Assembly (NCBI GenBank): GCA_963810945.1
Contig: CAWEPI010000014.1
Coordinates: 174,308-238,307, forward strand
DNA from: an uncultured Actinomycetes bacterium
GTDB taxonomy: Bacteria > Actinomycetota > UBA4738 > HRBIN12
Length of the DNA stretch: 64,000 nt
Reading direction: 5' to 3'
Shown: one piece after another, positions 10,807-20,428 of the stretch
How positions within the stretch are numbered: the stretch's first letter is position 1
Layout: every line of letters starts with the position of its first letter
Notes under the pieces: generated by a model
What the model was told of the DNA's origin: nothing
Databases searched by the model: none
Seen by the model: the letters and a program-made list of their open reading frames with translations, nothing else
Translations under genes and position numbers: made by a program

Positions 10807-12380
10807 GCCGGCGGTGTCCGCGGGTTGTAGAGATAGGCGGGCTCCACGGGCGTGTCGTACCAGCGCCGGTAGAACTCGATCACGTAGGGCTCGACGAGCC
10901 GCCCCAGCTCCGTCCAGCGCTGCACGTGCCCGGGAAGCCGATAGATCCTGCGCTGCACCGCTTCCGCGAATCGCTCCTTCAGCGCGTCCTCGTCCACCAC
11001 GGTGATCCGGCCGCCCTCCATCAGGACGCGTCCGTGCGCCATCACCGTGTCGATGTCCCCCGCGTCGGCGCGATCGAGGACCACATCGAGGAAGGGCTCG
11101 GCGTCATAGCGGCCCGGCGGGAACGTGATGCGGCTCCTGTCCAGGATCAGCAGATCGGCGTAGCGCCCCGCCTCGAGGCTCCCCAACCGGTCCTCCATGC
11201 CGAGCGCGCGCGCGCCGTTCTCGGCAGCCGCGCGCAGCACGGCCTCGCTGTCCAGCCGCTGCCGCTCGAACACCGTCGGCGTCCGCTGCAGGTAGCAGGC
11301 GAGGCGGAGCTCCTGGAGGAAGTCCTCGCGATCGGAGAAGGAGATGCCGTCGGTACCGAACGCGATGCGACCGCCCGCGTCCATGATGTCGCGCACGCGG
11401 CAGATCCCGGAGGACAGGCGGAGGTTGGATCCAGGGTCGTTCGACGCCACCGCGCCGGAATCGGCGAAGATCGCGAGCTCCTCGTCGGTGACCCAGACGA
11501 AGTGCTCCAGCACCGTGCGCGGGCCGAGCACGCCGAGGTCCGCGAGGCGGCGCAGCCCCGGCTTCCCGTGGTGCTCGAGGTTGAACATCATCTCGGCGCG
11601 CGTCTCGAGCGCGTGGGTGATCATCCCCGTGTCGCGTTCGTCGGCCTCACGCCGCGCGCGCCGGTACAGGTCGTCGGAGCACGCGGGGGTCCAGTCGGGA
11701 GCCGTGACGATCCGGATGCGGTCATCACGGCCGTGCCAGTCGGCGTGCAGACGCGCGAACGAAGCCATCACGTCGTCCACCGGCCAGGCATAGCCCATCG
11801 GCGAGGCCCGGATCTCCTCGGCCAGCGCCGTGGGCAGGCCGGCCAGGAACCGCTCGTTCGGCTCGTGCACGTAGATGTTCTCGTCACGACTCACCAACCC
11901 GAACGCGGTGCGCATCCCGGCGTCCTCGTACGCGCGCAGCGCCGACGGCGCGCCGAACTCGGTCATCCCCGGGCGGCCGTAGTACATGTCCACCGTGGAG
12001 GTCTGCCCTCCCTTGATGGCGTTCACCAGGCCCCACAGCACTCCGGTGTAGAGGTCCTCCTCCTCGATATCGCCGACCGCGCCTTGCATGAAGACGTTCG
12101 CCCGCTCGAAGATGAACTGGTAGAGGCCGGGCCCGATCGCGAGCTCGCAGTGGTAGTGGCAATTGATGAAGCCGGGCATCACGAAGTGCGACGCCGAACC
12201 CAGGACGCGATCGAAGGGCCCGAGACGCTCGAGTTCCTCGCGTGGCCCCGCGGCCACGATCGTCGGCCCCTCCACGACCAGCGCGCCGTCGGGGATCAGC
12301 GTCTGCGCACCCAGCGCCACCACCGGGTCGCCGAGGACCAGCGTGCGCCCGGCCTCTTGCGTGCCCACCGGCTCAGCCAC
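10803..12380 (-). CDS. Amidohydrolase, MTA/SAH/cytosine/pterin deaminase-like (COG0402-type)
   Basis: PGFINCHYH, HALETRAE (HxxE), EHFVW, FGTDG, GSLEAGRYADL. Confidence 0.85.
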   Translation of the reverse strand: MAEPVGTQEAGRTLVLGDPVVALGAQTLIPDGALVVEGPTIVAAGPREELERLGPFDRVLGSASHFVMPGFINCHYHCELAIGPGLYQFIFERANVFMQGAVGDIEEEDLYTGVLWGLVNAIKGGQTSTVDMYYGRPGMTEFGAPSALRAYEDAGMRTAFGLVSRDENIYVHEPNERFLAGLPTALAEEIRASPMGYAWPVDDVMASFARLHADWHGRDDRIRIVTAPDWTPACSDDLYRRARREADERDTGMITHALETRAEMMFNLEHHGKPGLRRLADLGVLGPRTVLEHFVWVTDEELAIFADSGAVASNDPGSNLRLSSGICRVRDIMDAGGRIAFGTDGISFSDREDFLQELRLACYLQRTPTVFERQRLDSEAVLRAAAENGARALGMEDRLGSLEAGRYADLLILDRSRITFPPGRYDAEPFLDVVLDRADAGDIDTVMAHGRVLMEGGRITVVDEDALKERFAEAVQRRIYRLPGHVQRWTELGRLVEPYVIEFYRRWYDTPVEPAYLYNPRTPPA

Positions 12381-12389
12381 GCCGACGGA

Positions 12390-13715
12390 TCAGGTGGGAA
12401 CCACCATGCGGTCGAGGACGCTCAGGAACGCCTCGTTCGCGTGATGGAGCACCTCGGGCTCGTCGATCGTCGTGAATGCGCGGTCACGGTAGACGATCCG
12501 GCCGTCGATGATCGTGGTGTTCACCGCGCTGCCGTTCGCCGCGAAGACGAGGTGCGAGTACAGGTGCGCCTTGGACTCGGGGTGCAGCGGCGTGAACATC
12601 TGGTTCTGCAGGTCCACGAGGATCACGTCGGCCTTCTTGCCGGCCGTGAGCTCGCCGGTCTCGTGGCCCAGGGCGGCCGATCCGTTCCGCGTGGCCATGC
12701 GCACCACGTCGGGCGCCTGCTGCAGGCTCGGGTCCACGCGGCTCGCGCGATGGATCAGCGACGCGAACTTCATCACCTCGAACAGGTCACGGCTGTTGTT
12801 GCACTCCGCGGCGTCGTGCCCGAGCCCGACGTTGATCCCCGCGGCGAGCATCTCCGGCACGCGCGCGATCCCGTTTCCGAGCTTGGCGTTCGACGACGGG
12901 TTGTGGGAGATCTGCGTCCCGGTCTCGCGCATCAACGCGATCTCGGCATCGGACAGCCAGACGCAGTGCGCCGCGATGCAGCGGTCGAACAGGATGCCAC
13001 AGTCGTAGGCCACCTCGGTCGGACGCCGTCCGAACCGCTCCTTGGAGTTCTCCACCTCGGTGAGGGACTCGTTCAGGTGGATGTGGATCCCGGTGCCGAG
13101 GTCGTCGGCGAGCATGCGGGCTTCCTTCAGGAGGCCCTCGGAGGCGAGCGGGAGCCACTCGATCCCGATGTACACCTCGATGCGTCCGTCGGCCTTGCCG
13201 TTCGAGGCTTCGAACTCGGCCTTGTTGATCTCCAGGGTGTCGAGGTCGTGCTCGTCGTCGGCCACGTCGTTGGAGAGCACGGCCCGGATGCCGATCTCCT
13301 CCGCGGCGCGGGCGAGCCCGCCGAGCTGGCGATACATGTCGTTGACCGTCGTCACCCCGCACTTGATCGACTCGCTGTAGCTCGCGAGCGCGGCCCAGTA
13401 GGCCTCCTCAGGGTTCAGCGCACGGATGATGGGGTACCAGCACGTCTCGAGGTACTCCCACAGGGGAAGGTGATCGCTCCACCCCTTGCCCACCGCCGTG
13501 TGGAAGTGCAGGTCGACGAGTCCGGGGAGCACCGCCTTGCCCTCGGCCTCGATCACCGTGGCCCCGTCGGCGCTCTGGCGCGTCGCCACCTCGGCGTCGG
13601 GGCCCACGTCCACGATGCGGTCGCCCTCGATCACCACGGTGCCGCCGAAGATCATCTCGTCGGCGTCGTTCATCGTGACGATGGTGCCGTTCCTGATGAA
13701 GATGCGATCGCTCAC
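12390..13715 (-). CDS. Amidohydrolase, MTA/SAH/cytosine deaminase-like (COG0402-type)
   Basis: PGLVDLHFH, HIHLNES (HxxE), AHCVWL, HNPSSNAKL, GHDAA, GKKADV. Confidence 0.88.
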   Translation of the reverse strand: MSDRIFIRNGTIVTMNDADEMIFGGTVVIEGDRIVDVGPDAEVATRQSADGATVIEAEGKAVLPGLVDLHFHTAVGKGWSDHLPLWEYLETCWYPIIRALNPEEAYWAALASYSESIKCGVTTVNDMYRQLGGLARAAEEIGIRAVLSNDVADDEHDLDTLEINKAEFEASNGKADGRIEVYIGIEWLPLASEGLLKEARMLADDLGTGIHIHLNESLTEVENSKERFGRRPTEVAYDCGILFDRCIAAHCVWLSDAEIALMRETGTQISHNPSSNAKLGNGIARVPEMLAAGINVGLGHDAAECNNSRDLFEVMKFASLIHRASRVDPSLQQAPDVVRMATRNGSAALGHETGELTAGKKADVILVDLQNQMFTPLHPESKAHLYSHLVFAANGSAVNTTIIDGRIVYRDRAFTTIDEPEVLHHANEAFLSVLDRMVVPT

Positions 13716-13743
13716 GAGCGTGCTCCCTTCCCCCTCGTCCCGC

Positions 13744-15252
13744 TCAGCGGGAGATGCCCTGTCCGGATTGCGGTACCGCCGATGTCAGGTCCACCCAGAT
13801 CGACTTCGATTGGAGGTAGGGCTCGAGCGCCTCGGCGCCGAGCTCGCGCCCGAACCCCGAATGCTTGCGACCGCCGAAGGGGACGGCCACGTCGAACATG
13901 CCGTAGGTGTTGATCCAGACCGTGCCCGCCTGCAGGTCGTCGGCGAGGCGCAGCGCCTTGGCGGTGTCGCTCGACCAGATCCCGGCGGCCAACCCGAAGT
14001 CGACGCCGTTGGCGAGCCGGCGCAGCTCGTCCTCGTCCTCCCACGTGATCACGGAGAGCACGGGCCCGAAGATCTCCTCCTGTGCCACCCGCATGTCGTT
14101 GCGCACGCCCGCGATCACCGTGGGCTGCAAGAAGAATCCCTCCTCCAGTCCTTCGACGGATGCCTCCGAGCCACCGGCCGCGACCTCGGCGCCCTCCTCG
14201 GTGGCCGACGCGACGTAGCCGAGGACCCGGCGCCGGTGCGGCGCGGAGATCAGCGGTCCCATCTGGGTCTGCGGATCGAGGCCGTGGCCGAGCCGGAGCT
14301 GGTTCGCCTGCTCGGACAGGTGCCCCACGAGCTCGTCGGCGACGGGCTTCTCCACGAACAATCGCGAGCCCGCCACGCACGCCTGCCCCTGGTTGAAGAA
14401 CGCGCCGCCGAAGGCGCCGCTCGCGGCTGCCTCCAGGTTCGCATCGGCGAACACGATGTTGGGGCTCTTGCCGCCCAGCTCCAGGGTCACGCGCTTCAAC
14501 CCGTCGATCGACGCGCGCATGATCTCCTTGCCCGTGGCCGTCTGACCGGTGAAGGCGATCTTGCTGACGCCGGGGTGGCGCACGAGGGCCTCCCCCACGT
14601 CCGGCCCACCGATCACGACGTTCACGACGCCCGGCGGGAAGCCGGCCTCGTCGATCAGATCCATCAGACGCAGGGTGGAGAGCGGCGCCAACTCCGAGGG
14701 CTTCACCACCACCGTGCATCCGGCGGCGAGCGCCGGGCCGAGCTTGTACGCCACCTCGAGCAGCGGGAAGTTCCACGGCGTGATGGCCGCCACCACGCCT
14801 ACGGGCTCGCGCTTGCCGAGGGTGAGCATCCCCGGGATCGAGTTGGGCAGGACGTCGCCGGTCAGCTTGGTGGTCCAGCCCGCGTAGTAGCGGAACAGCT
14901 CGATCGTGAGCGCGACGTCGACGGCCTCCGCCTCCCACATCGGCTTGCCGTTGTCGAGGACTTCGATCGTCGCGAACTCGTCCTTGTTGGCCTCCAGGAG
15001 GTCCGCGAGGCCCCACAACAGACGCGCGCGCTGCGTCGGCGGAACCGAGCGCCACGTCTCGAACGCACGGCCGGCGGCCTCCACGGCCGCGTCGACCTCG
15101 TGGCCGGTCGCGAGGGGCGCCAACGCGAGCGTCCGGCCGGTCGCCGGGTTGATCGAGGCGAGCGACCCCTCGGTCTCGACGTAGGCCCCGTCGATGTAGA
15201 GGCGCAGCGGCTTCTCGAGGAACGCGATCGTCGGTTCGGTGACGGTGGGCAT
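13744..15252 (-). CDS. NAD(P)-dependent aldehyde dehydrogenase
   Basis: ITPWNFP, KPSE, FTGQTATG, LELGGKSP, FNQGQAC, EEIFGP, PFGG. Confidence 0.93.
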   Translation of the reverse strand: MPTVTEPTIAFLEKPLRLYIDGAYVETEGSLASINPATGRTLALAPLATGHEVDAAVEAAGRAFETWRSVPPTQRARLLWGLADLLEANKDEFATIEVLDNGKPMWEAEAVDVALTIELFRYYAGWTTKLTGDVLPNSIPGMLTLGKREPVGVVAAITPWNFPLLEVAYKLGPALAAGCTVVVKPSELAPLSTLRLMDLIDEAGFPPGVVNVVIGGPDVGEALVRHPGVSKIAFTGQTATGKEIMRASIDGLKRVTLELGGKSPNIVFADANLEAAASGAFGGAFFNQGQACVAGSRLFVEKPVADELVGHLSEQANQLRLGHGLDPQTQMGPLISAPHRRRVLGYVASATEEGAEVAAGGSEASVEGLEEGFFLQPTVIAGVRNDMRVAQEEIFGPVLSVITWEDEDELRRLANGVDFGLAAGIWSSDTAKALRLADDLQAGTVWINTYGMFDVAVPFGGRKHSGFGRELGAEALEPYLQSKSIWVDLTSAVPQSGQGISR

Positions 15253-15282
15253 CGGTCGTCTCCTTTGGATGGGTCGTGATGG

Positions 15283-16308
15283 TCAGGCGATCTCGAGGAC
15301 CTGGCGACCGAGGACCCCGCGTTGACGCAGGGCCGCGAGCGCGTCGGAGACGCCGTCGAGGGGGAACGCGCCAGCGATCGGGACCGTCATGGCTCCGGCC
15401 GCGGAGAGCGCCATCGCGTCCTGCAGGTCCAGTCGGGTGGCCGCGACGGTGGAGATGAAGGAGGACTCCGGCAGGATGAACTCGATCGGGTGGATCTCGA
15501 GCTGTTGGTCCGTATACCCGGTCGAGACGAACCTCCCGCCCTTGGCGAGCGCACGGATGCCCGCCGCCATCGATCCGGTCGTCCCCACCAGCTCGAAGAA
15601 GACGTCGGTGCCGCGACCGTCGGTGAGCCCCCGCACGCCGCCGGCGAGGTCCTCGTACGCCTCCGGCGTCGGCACGAGGAGCCCGTCGCTCGCCCCGTGG
15701 TCGCGCGCGAGCTGCAGCTTCTCCTCCGCGTCGGCCACGGCGATCACGCGCGCTCCCGCATGCGCCGCCGCCTGCACCACGAGGATGCCGACGCCGCCGA
15801 TGCCGTCCACCACGGCGGTGTCGCCGATCCGCAGGTTCGACAGCTTCGTGGCGTGCATCGCGGTCATCCCGGCGCAGGTGAGCACCGCCGCGGTCGCGAA
15901 GTCCACGCCGTCGGGGATCGCGACCGCGTTCTGCTCGGGGATCACCACGTAGTCCGCGTCGCCGCCGTCGCGGTTGAAGCCCAGCTGGTCGGCCTCGTTG
16001 TCGCAGATGTTCTGGCGGCCCTTCAGGCACTGCTCGCAGTGCCCGCAGAAGATCTTGTTGTAGATCGCCACACGGTCGCCCGCACGCAAGCCCACGCCCT
16101 CACCCGCTGCTTCCACCACGCCCGCCGCCTCGTGGCCGAGCGTCATCGGGTAGGGGTCGGGCTTGATCATCCCGTCGAGGATGTGCAGGTCGGTGCCGCA
16201 GACGCCGGCGGCGTGGATGCGCACCAGCACCTCGCCCCTGCCCGGCTCGGGGGTATCGACGTCGTCGAGTCGAAGGGTGAGGTCCTCGTGGATCCGGGCT
16301 GCCTGCAT
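15283..16308 (-). CDS. Zn-dependent alcohol dehydrogenase
   Basis: GVCGTD, GHEAAG, CGHCEQC...C, DGIGGVG; AAGGAG SD before ATG 16308. Confidence 0.9.
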   Translation of the reverse strand: MQAARIHEDLTLRLDDVDTPEPGRGEVLVRIHAAGVCGTDLHILDGMIKPDPYPMTLGHEAAGVVEAAGEGVGLRAGDRVAIYNKIFCGHCEQCLKGRQNICDNEADQLGFNRDGGDADYVVIPEQNAVAIPDGVDFATAAVLTCAGMTAMHATKLSNLRIGDTAVVDGIGGVGILVVQAAAHAGARVIAVADAEEKLQLARDHGASDGLLVPTPEAYEDLAGGVRGLTDGRGTDVFFELVGTTGSMAAGIRALAKGGRFVSTGYTDQQLEIHPIEFILPESSFISTVAATRLDLQDAMALSAAGAMTVPIAGAFPLDGVSDALAALRQRGVLGRQVLEIA

Positions 16309-16321
16309 GTCTCGACGCTCC

Positions 16322-17020
16322 TTACCGCTCCGGGCGCGGTTCACCCCGGCTCGGGGCCCCGTACGCCATGTCCCAGAATGCCACCTCGTACTCCGTCGAA
16401 CGCTCGAAGATGGTCGCCAGGGTCGCCATCTGCGCGGCGTCGTGGACGTCGGCCACCCGGTCCAGCAGGGCCGTGGAATCCTCGACGAGGCGGTCGTACT
16501 CGTCGTTGCCGAACATCGCGATCCAGTCGGCGTAGATCGGGTCCTCCGGCGGATGCGCCATCAGGGGCCGCGCGAGCTCGCCGTAGCTCCACTGGCAGGG
16601 CAGGACCGCCGTGAGCCCCGCGGCGCAGTCCCCCTGTGCGCAGGTCGCGAGCAGATGCCGCGTGTACGCGTACGTGGTCGGGAGCATCGAGTCCTCCTCG
16701 CCGAGCGCCGCTTGATCGCCGCCGAGGCGCTCGAGGAAGGCCAGGTTCGCCGGGATCTCGTTGCGCACGATCTGGTCCAGGAACCGCGTGAGGGTCGCGA
16801 TCCCCTCGCGATCCGGAGCCTTCGCCACGATGATCGCGATCGCGCGGGCGTAGTCCTGCAGGTAGAGGACGTTCTGCTCGAAGTACCGACGGAAGGTCGC
16901 ATGCGGCAGCGAACCGTCCGCGATCGCCTCGACCATGGGATGACCGGTGGCGCGCTCCCACACACGCGCGCCGGACTCGTGGAGCACCCGAGAGACGTGC
17001 TCGGACCGAGTCTCCAACAT
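16322..17020 (-). CDS. tenA: TenA family thiaminase II / aminopyrimidine aminohydrolase, variant with Asn at the conserved Asp
   Basis: HPMV..IADGSL, FEQNVLYL (usually QD..YL), LPCQWSY catalytic Cys, YEVAFWDMAY; start uncertain. Confidence 0.85.
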   Translation of the reverse strand: MLETRSEHVSRVLHESGARVWERATGHPMVEAIADGSLPHATFRRYFEQNVLYLQDYARAIAIIVAKAPDREGIATLTRFLDQIVRNEIPANLAFLERLGGDQAALGEEDSMLPTTYAYTRHLLATCAQGDCAAGLTAVLPCQWSYGELARPLMAHPPEDPIYADWIAMFGNDEYDRLVEDSTALLDRVADVHDAAQMATLATIFERSTEYEVAFWDMAYGAPSRGEPRPER

Positions 17021-17027
17021 AATGCGC

Positions 17028-17057
17028 ACTACATCAGATACCAACGGAGGGCGTCAA
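17028..17057 (-). promoter_or_regulatory. Putative promoter of tenA-adh-aldh-deaminase unit with overlapping operator half-site
   Basis: Minus strand TTGACG-N18-TGTAGT; TATCTGAT (17033-17040) overlaps the spacer/-10 junction. Confidence 0.4.
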
Positions 17058-17779
17058 GCCGACGGCTCCTCGGTCGCTGAGGGGGCCTCGGCGGCCTCGA
17101 GCTGGTCGCCCAGGACGCTCCGGATGTGGGCACGCATCGCGCGTTCGGCCCCGTCCGCGTCGTGCGCCGCGATCGCGTCCACGATCGCGGCGTGCTCCTC
17201 CACGGAGGCCTTCACCCGACCGGGGATCTCCTCGGTGAGCCGCCCGATGCGCGCCAGGTGCGCCTTCAGGTTCTCGATCAGGGCCCGGATGCGTTCGTTG
17301 GCGACCTGGTCGTAGATCACGAGGTCGAAGGCCCCGAGGAGCACCGCGAGGCCCTCGAGGTCGTCCCTCGAGCGGAGCTCCCGGCTCTCGTTCACCAGGC
17401 TCTCCAGGTGGGCGACCATCTCCTGTGAGGCGGTGGCGGCGGCGGCGCGGACGGCGGCTCCCTCGAGGAGCTCGCGGAGCTCGTAGATCTCCTGCAGATC
17501 CTGGGACGAGTAGCCGCTCACGACCGCGCCCTTGAAGGAGGTGGTCTCGACGAGACCTTCCTGCTCCAGGCGCGCGAGCGCCTCGCGGACCGGGGTCTTG
17601 CTCACGCCGAGCTGCTCGGCCATCGTCGCTTCGCGCAAGGGTTCCCCGGGCTGCAGCCGGAGCTCGATGATGGCCTGACGGACCTCCTCGTAGACCCAGT
17701 CGGTCACCTTGCGCCGGTCGTGCCGCCCACTGAAGACCGCGCCCTCAGGCGCCTGCCCGGTCCCTATCCCGTTGCCCAC
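17054..17779 (-). CDS. GntR family (FCD) transcriptional regulator
   Basis: LQPGEPLRE..MAEQLGVSKTPVREALARLEQEGLV wHTH; FCD end EEHAAIVDAI...AMRAHI. Confidence 0.9.
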   Translation of the reverse strand: MGNGIGTGQAPEGAVFSGRHDRRKVTDWVYEEVRQAIIELRLQPGEPLREATMAEQLGVSKTPVREALARLEQEGLVETTSFKGAVVSGYSSQDLQEIYELRELLEGAAVRAAAATASQEMVAHLESLVNESRELRSRDDLEGLAVLLGAFDLVIYDQVANERIRALIENLKAHLARIGRLTEEIPGRVKASVEEHAAIVDAIAAHDADGAERAMRAHIRSVLGDQLEAAEAPSATEEPSA

Positions 17780-17801
17780 GACGACCCCTTCCAGCGAACG
17801 A

Positions 17802-18230
17802 TCATCCCGAGGGCTCGGCCGAAGCCGGCTCCACGAGCTCAACGAGCATCCCCCCGAACGACGACGGGTGAACGAACGCGATCCGCGTCCCCATCCCGCC
17901 CGCGCGGGCCTCTTCGTCGACCAGCCGCACACCCTCGCCGCGCAGGGACTCGAGCGCCGCGTCGATCCCGTCCACCTCGAACGCCACGTGGTGCAGCCCG
18001 GGCCCGCGCGTATCGAGGAACCGCTGGATCACGCCGTCGCCCGAGGCCTCGAGCGTCTGCACGAAGCCCTCGCCCACCGGGAACATCCGCTCGATGAACC
18101 CCGGTCCCGCCTCTTCGTGCGGCTCGACGTCGAGGACGCGGCAGAGCATGTCCTCGGGACCTGGGCCCGGTCCGTGCGCGAACGCCACGTGATGTACGCC
18201 CACGACGCGCCAGGTCCCCGAGCTCGTCAT
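17802..18230 (-). CDS. mce: Methylmalonyl-CoA epimerase-like VOC protein
   Basis: HHVAFA, IQRFLDTRGPGLHHVAFEVDGI, RIAFVHP...GGMLVELVE; adjacent to acyl-CoA mutase. Confidence 0.8.
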   Translation of the reverse strand: MTSSGTWRVVGVHHVAFAHGPGPGPEDMLCRVLDVEPHEEAGPGFIERMFPVGEGFVQTLEASGDGVIQRFLDTRGPGLHHVAFEVDGIDAALESLRGEGVRLVDEEARAGGMGTRIAFVHPSSFGGMLVELVEPASAEPSG

Positions 18231-18281
18231 CGCATCCCTATCCATCCGCCCGCCCGTCCCTCGTCCGGCTCGGGGTGCATT

Positions 18282-19328
18282 CTAGGGAATCTCGCGTTTC
18301 ATATGCGATGTCTCATCCCTCGGAGCCGGTCTGCGGCCGGTGAGCTCGGCGACACAGGTGGAGAACGCGCGCACGGTCTCCATGCGCCCCTCTCCCAATG
18401 GGAAGACGTTCACGGAATCCGCGCCGGCATCGATGACCGCCGCGATCCGCGCCCGCGCCTCGTCGGCGTTGCCGGCCAGTGCCACGCGACGGACGAAGTC
18501 GTCCGGGAGGAGGCGCGCGGCGGCCGCGGCCTCCTGGAACTCCCCGCCGGCGTAGCGTCGCTTGACCTCGTCGATGAGGGACGCCGGGAGCCCGGCGAGC
18601 TCGCAGATCACGGGGGCGGTCTGGGGGAACCAGGCGGCGATCGAACGCGCCGACGCGAGCGCCCGTTCCTCGTCGTCGTCGATCGCTCCGTAGGCGAAGA
18701 CGGCGATGCTCGGTCGATCCCGACCGACCTTCGAGGCACCCCGATCGACGTGCTCGAGGGCCCACGCGAGCGCGTCGGGGAAGAGCCCGACCAGCAGGAT
18801 CACGCCGTCGGCGATCTCCCCCGCCAGCTCGAGCGTGCGCGGGCCGCTCGCGGAGATGTACACGGGGATGTCGGGCCGGGCCGGGAAGCGCAGGTGCGCG
18901 TCGCGCATCGTGAACGCCGTGTCCTCGACGTCGACATGGGCTCCGCTCCACAGCGCACGGATCGCGCCGATCGAGGCGCGCAGCGAGTCGACCGACGCGG
19001 GCTTCATCCCGAGCGCCAACAGGGGCCGGTCGCCGGCGCCGATCCCCAGGATCATCCGGCCGCCCGAGATCTCGTCGACCGTGGCCGCCGAGGCGGCCGT
19101 GATGGCCGGGTGACGCGTGAGCGGGTTCGTCACCGCGGTGCCCAGCGTGAGCCGGGTTGAGCGCGTGGACGCGAGCGTGAGGTACGCGTAGGCGTTGCGG
19201 GCGTGCAGCGACGAGTCCGTGAGCCAGAGATGCTCGAAGCCCAACCCGTCGATCTCGGCCACCATCTCGCCGAAGCGCGGCGGCTCGTAGGCGCCCTGCA
19301 GGACGACCCCCGCACGGATCTGCCTCAT
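18282..19328 (-). CDS. LLM class oxidoreductase, Mer-like (probably F420-dependent)
   Basis: GFEHLWLTDS, LGTAVTNPLTRHP, ISGGRMILGIGAGD, VYISASGPRTLELAGEIADG. Confidence 0.85.
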   Translation of the reverse strand: MRQIRAGVVLQGAYEPPRFGEMVAEIDGLGFEHLWLTDSSLHARNAYAYLTLASTRSTRLTLGTAVTNPLTRHPAITAASAATVDEISGGRMILGIGAGDRPLLALGMKPASVDSLRASIGAIRALWSGAHVDVEDTAFTMRDAHLRFPARPDIPVYISASGPRTLELAGEIADGVILLVGLFPDALAWALEHVDRGASKVGRDRPSIAVFAYGAIDDDEERALASARSIAAWFPQTAPVICELAGLPASLIDEVKRRYAGGEFQEAAAAARLLPDDFVRRVALAGNADEARARIAAVIDAGADSVNVFPLGEGRMETVRAFSTCVAELTGRRPAPRDETSHMKREIP

Positions 19329-20428
19329 CGCGCGACCTCCTCGAACCTCGTCACGGTCGACGCGAGCACGGACAGGCCGTCGGCGATCGGCGCCATGTCG
19401 ATCCACTCTCCGGGGGTGTGCTCGCCGCCACCGGTGGTGACGCCCAGGGCGAGGGCGGGGATGCCGCGCGCGTGGGCGGCGTTGGCGTCCGTGCTGGTGG
19501 GGACGGCCACCGCAGGGATGCCGGCATCCTCCAACGCCGCCCTCGCCGCCGCCGCCAGCGGGTGGCCCGCGTCGAGGGCGCCGGCGGGACGTCGTCCGAG
19601 CTCCTCGATCTCGATGTCGACGCCCTCGGGCGCGTGCGCCGCGAGACGGGCGCGGGCCTCGGCCTCATGGCTCGCGAGCCTCCCGGGGTCGGAGGCACGG
19701 ATGTCCAGCTCGAACCAACACGAGCGGGCGCGGGCGTTGATCGCCTCGCCGCCCCCGATCCGGCCAACGTTCACCGTGGCGCCGACGTCGGCGTCGGCGA
19801 GCCGCGCGATGCCGCCGATCATGTCCGCGGCCACGTGGATCGCGCTCGGCGCCTCCGCTGCCTCCCAGGCGTGGCCACCCGGACCCGTGAGACGCACGCG
19901 CCATCGTAGCGACCCGACCCCCACGGTCGAGACCCGGCCCAGGTAGTTCCCCTCCACGGCGAGCACCGCGTCGATCGGCCCGCCGAAGCCCTCCAAGGCG
20001 CCCACGATCCCGCGGAGGTTCCCGAGACCCTCCTCGCCCACGGTGGCGACCAGCCACAGGGGCCGCCCACGTCGCGCGGCGAGCAGCGTCCCCACCGCCG
20101 AGAGCGCGGCGAGGGCCACGGCATCGTCGCCCACGCCCGGGCCCGATAGGCGTCCGTCCTGCTCGTGCACGACGTGAGGCACATCCGCGGTGAACACCGT
20201 GTCGAGGTGCGCCGCGAGGAGGATCGCCCCGCCATCGCCGGGCCGCACGCGAGCCCAGACGTTGCCCGTGGCGTCGAGCTCCACGCCGTCCCATCCATCC
20301 TCGCCCCACCAGGCGCCCACGAGCGCGGCGCGCGCGCCCTCGGCTCCGGTCGGGGCCGGAACCGAGGCGACCTCGACCGTGCGCGCCAGCACCTGGGAGG
20401 CGAGCGTCGCCGGCGTGGGAGCGCTCAT
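19325..20428 (-). CDS. M20/M25/M40 family metallohydrolase
   Basis: AHLDTVF, GVGDD, GEEGLG, GGHAW, STDAN, EHTPGE. Confidence 0.85.
   Translation of the reverse strand: MSAPTPATLASQVLARTVEVASVPAPTGAEGARAALVGAWWGEDGWDGVELDATGNVWARVRPGDGGAILLAAHLDTVFTADVPHVVHEQDGRLSGPGVGDDAVALAALSAVGTLLAARRGRPLWLVATVGEEGLGNLRGIVGALEGFGGPIDAVLAVEGNYLGRVSTVGVGSLRWRVRLTGPGGHAWEAAEAPSAIHVAADMIGGIARLADADVGATVNVGRIGGGEAINARARSCWFELDIRASDPGRLASHEAEARARLAAHAPEGVDIEIEELGRRPAGALDAGHPLAAAARAALEDAGIPAVAVPTSTDANAAHARGIPALALGVTTGGGEHTPGEWIDMAPIADGLSVLASTVTRFEEVAR

Noticed and set aside
9660-13913. 1417-aa plus-strand ORF and many other long Arg/Pro/Gly-rich ORFs
   Set aside because: Off-frame or antisense shadows of well-supported genes; expected at this GC content; no domain motifs.
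18282-19328. RutA pyrimidine monooxygenase
   Set aside because: Motifs match the Mer-like LLM subgroup better, and no rut genes or flavin reductase are present.
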